Shown: piece by piece, positions 61,216-64,000 of the stretch
Layout of the letters: every line of letters starts with the position of its first letter
Numbering within the stretch: the first letter of the stretch is position 1
DNA from: Vicugna vicugna
Taxonomy: Eukaryota
DNA: 64,000 nt
Direction: 5' to 3'
NCBI GenBank assembly: GCA_013265495.1
Contig: MU057865.1
Location: 496,001 to 560,000 of the forward strand
Translations under genes and position numbers: made by a program
Notes under the pieces: model-generated
What the model saw: only the letters and a program-made list of their open reading frames with translations
Databases searched by the model: none
What the model was told of the DNA's origin: nothing

Positions 61216-62267
61216 ATCTTTTGGCAGCCTATTATTGACATGGCCTTGCAATAATGGATTTATTACTTGGAACCACATCTGCTTAGCTTTGACATTAGCT
61301 AGATTCCTGCCGTAATGTCTGCTTCTCCACACCCCCTCCCAATCCCACCTCAACTCTGGCCCCTTTAGTTACTGAATGCTTCATTCTTAGTTTAGTTTCT
61401 ACAACATAGTGGGATACTGAACAAAGGGATGAATGGATGCATGCATGGGTAGGTGGACAAACATAAGAATTCCTGACCAAACCCAGTCCTCTGTGTGCCC
61501 TTTAGAACACAGCCCGTTGGACTTCTGGCTTTCCTTAGGGTGACGGAAATCTCCATTAATTAACTTTCCATGACCCTGTCTTTCTCCTTTGCCTGCATTG
61601 TTCCTGGAGCTGCTTGTCCTGAAACAGTGTGGATTTTAACACACTGTGGGGGTTTTCTGGAGATTAAGGCAGTCCTCTTTCTTCAACTACAAAAGACTAG
61701 CGACATAGACCATTCATGATTATCTCGACCAGGAAGGCTTAAAAAAAGTTACCCATTGTTAAGGCACATGGTACTTTTGACCCGCTAACATCCCCTAAGA
61801 CGAACTTGCAAAGCAGGCCAGAGGAGCAACTTTATTTTAACATGTGAGCAAATGAACTTGATAACCATACAACGGCAGCACAGAGCAACAGAACATTCCC
61901 CTTTAAACTCTTAAAGTTGCAAGATGGAAAGAGAAAATAAGCATAGGATACTCCAAAGTCTTTATGTTTTGAACCACGCTGTAATTTTTTCCTGTTTCTT
62001 ATTTTACAATCAATAATAGATTTGATCATCAATAGTAGAGTAAAAAGAACAGTTGTGGTCTGGTGTTATTAATGTTACTCTTCTTGGCTGTGACAATCTT
62101 GGCAGGTACAGGTCAGAGACATGTCAGAGAGCTTGACTTTGGATAAACTTCTCTTTTTCCCAGTTGCCTAAAAAGGGAAAGGCAGCAATAAATGGTCCTA
62201 AAGGAGTTCCATGTCTGGTTGTACCCATGAAATTATAAACTTAGAAACCAGCATAAGTAATATGTGA

Positions 62268-64000
62268 TTTTTTTTCTTATTGAGATATAATTCACATACC
62301 ATAAAATTCACCCACTCTAAGTATACAATTCAGTGGTTTTTAATATATTCATAGGTTGTGCAAAACACTGTGTAATTACAGAACATTTCCATCACCCTAA
62401 AAAGAAACTCTGTACTCATTAGCAGTCCCTCCCGAGTGCCCCCTCTCCACAGCACTTGATAACCACCAATCTACTTTCTGTCTCTATGGATTTGTCTCTT
62501 CTAAACATTTTATATAAATGGAATCATACTTACATGTAATTTTGTGCTGGCTTTTTTTTTTAAACTTAGCATAATGTTTTCAAGGTTCATCCATGGTGTA
62601 CCATGTATCAGTACTAAGTCCATACTTATTACCAAATATTATTCCATTATATGGATAGACCACATTTTGTCTATGCATGCAGCAATTAACAGACACTTGT
62701 GTTGCTTCCACTCTTCAGTTGTTATGAGTAACGCTACTATGAACATTTATATGCATATTTTTGTGTGAACGTGTGTTTTCAATTCTTCTGGAGTGGAATT
62801 TCCCGGTCATATGCTACCTGGATTTACTTTTTGAGTAGCTGACAGACCATTTTCCAAAGCGGCTGCACCATTTTACGTTCCTTCTAGCGATGAATGAGTA
62901 TTCCAATTTCTCCGCATCCTCATGAACACCAATCACTGTCCATGTTTTTGGTTGTAGCTACACCCTAGTGAAGAGGAGTCATACTGTGCTTTTGCTATGC
63001 ATTTTCCTGTTGATTAATGATGTGTCGCATCTTTTCATGTGCTTATTTTTGTGCATATCTACTTTGGAGAATGGTCTTCAAATGTGTTGCCAATTTTCAG
63101 TTGGGTTATTTGTCTGTCTTTTTATCATATGAAGAGTTTTAAATGTTCTTTATACATTCTGGGTATTAGACCATTATCACGTGTGATTAGCACGTATTTT
63201 CTGGGATTCTTTGGGTTGTCTTTTCAGTTTTTAATGGTGTCCCTTGAGGCACAAAAGTTTTCCATTTTGATGAATTCCGATTTATCTACATGTTTTGTTG
63301 CTTGTGCTTTTGATGTCATATCATATCTCAAAGACCAAGTTCCCAAAGTTCCAAGTTCACAAAGACTTACTCCTATGCTTTCTTATTAGGGGTTTCATAG
63401 TTTTAGCTCTTACATTTAGATTTACAATCCATTTTCAGTTAATTTTTGTATGTGATGTGAGATGGTGGGTCCAAGTTCATTTTGTTGTTGCTGTAAACAC
63501 TGTTCTTCCCCCTTTGAATTGTCTTGGCACCCTTTTTGAAAATCAATAATCATAAATATGAGTTTATTTCTGACCATAAATGTAAGAATTTAATTCTTTG
63601 CTGTTAATCTCTGTGTTTACCTTTATGCCAGTACAAAACTGTCTTAATTACTTTAACTTTTTGGTAAGTTTTGAAATATCAAAGTGTGAGTCGTCTAACC
63701 TTTTCTTCTTTATCAAAATTGTTTGATCTATCTTGGGCCACTGAATTTCCATATGAACTTAAGGGTTATCTTGCTAATTTCTGCAAAGAAATCAGTTGGA
63801 ATTTGGATGGGGATTGCCTTGAATTTGTAGACCAATTTGGGGAGTATTTTCATCTTAACAATATTGAGTGTTTCAATCCATGAATACAGGATGTCTTTCT
63901 ATTTATTTAAGACTTCTTTAATTTGTTTCAACAATGCTTTGCAGTTTTCAGTGTACAAGTCTTAAGCTTCTTTTGTTATATTTATTATTAAATATTTTAT
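62268..64000 (-). mobile_element. L1MB-like element (3'UTR and ORF2 3' part), running off the window end
   Basis: 3' end TTATTGAGATATAATTCACATACCATAAAATTCACCCAC...CAATTCAGTGGTTTT, then continuous degenerate antisense ORF2 text to 64000. Confidence 0.9.

Noticed and set aside
1..64000. CRISPR arrays, operons, rRNA, mitochondrial insertions, retroviral gag/pol/env, non-retroviral viral ORFs or processed pseudogenes
   Set aside because: None was recognised in the sequence or the ORF track. Highly decayed examples cannot be excluded without BLASTx or HMM searches.

Overview
Mammalian genomic DNA, AT-rich and CpG-depleted. It is probably camelid, inferred from four tRNA-Ala(AGC)-derived SINEs that resemble the camelid vic-1 family. 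I recognise no host protein-coding gene, and the only recognisable protein remnants are LINE-1 ORF1 and ORF2. The window looks intronic or intergenic. It holds one full-length but disabled 7.0-kb L1 (minus strand) inserted inside an older short L1 3' fragment, several truncated L1 copies, ancient eutherian repeats (L1M, L2, MIR, MLT1, an ERVL-type LTR, MER DNA transposons) and repeat-free stretches with enhancer-like motif clusters. The best-supported observations are retrotransposition footprints: a ~0.5-kb candidate L1 3' transduction, two twin-priming inversions, a TSD-less internal L1 fragment and the nested L1. More speculative leads are a dense SOX-motif cluster, small CpG clusters and five candidate plus-strand exons that can be spliced into one open frame. 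I found no convincing new multi-gene system. Repeat family names come from my recall of consensus sequences, not from a database search, and all counts were made by hand.
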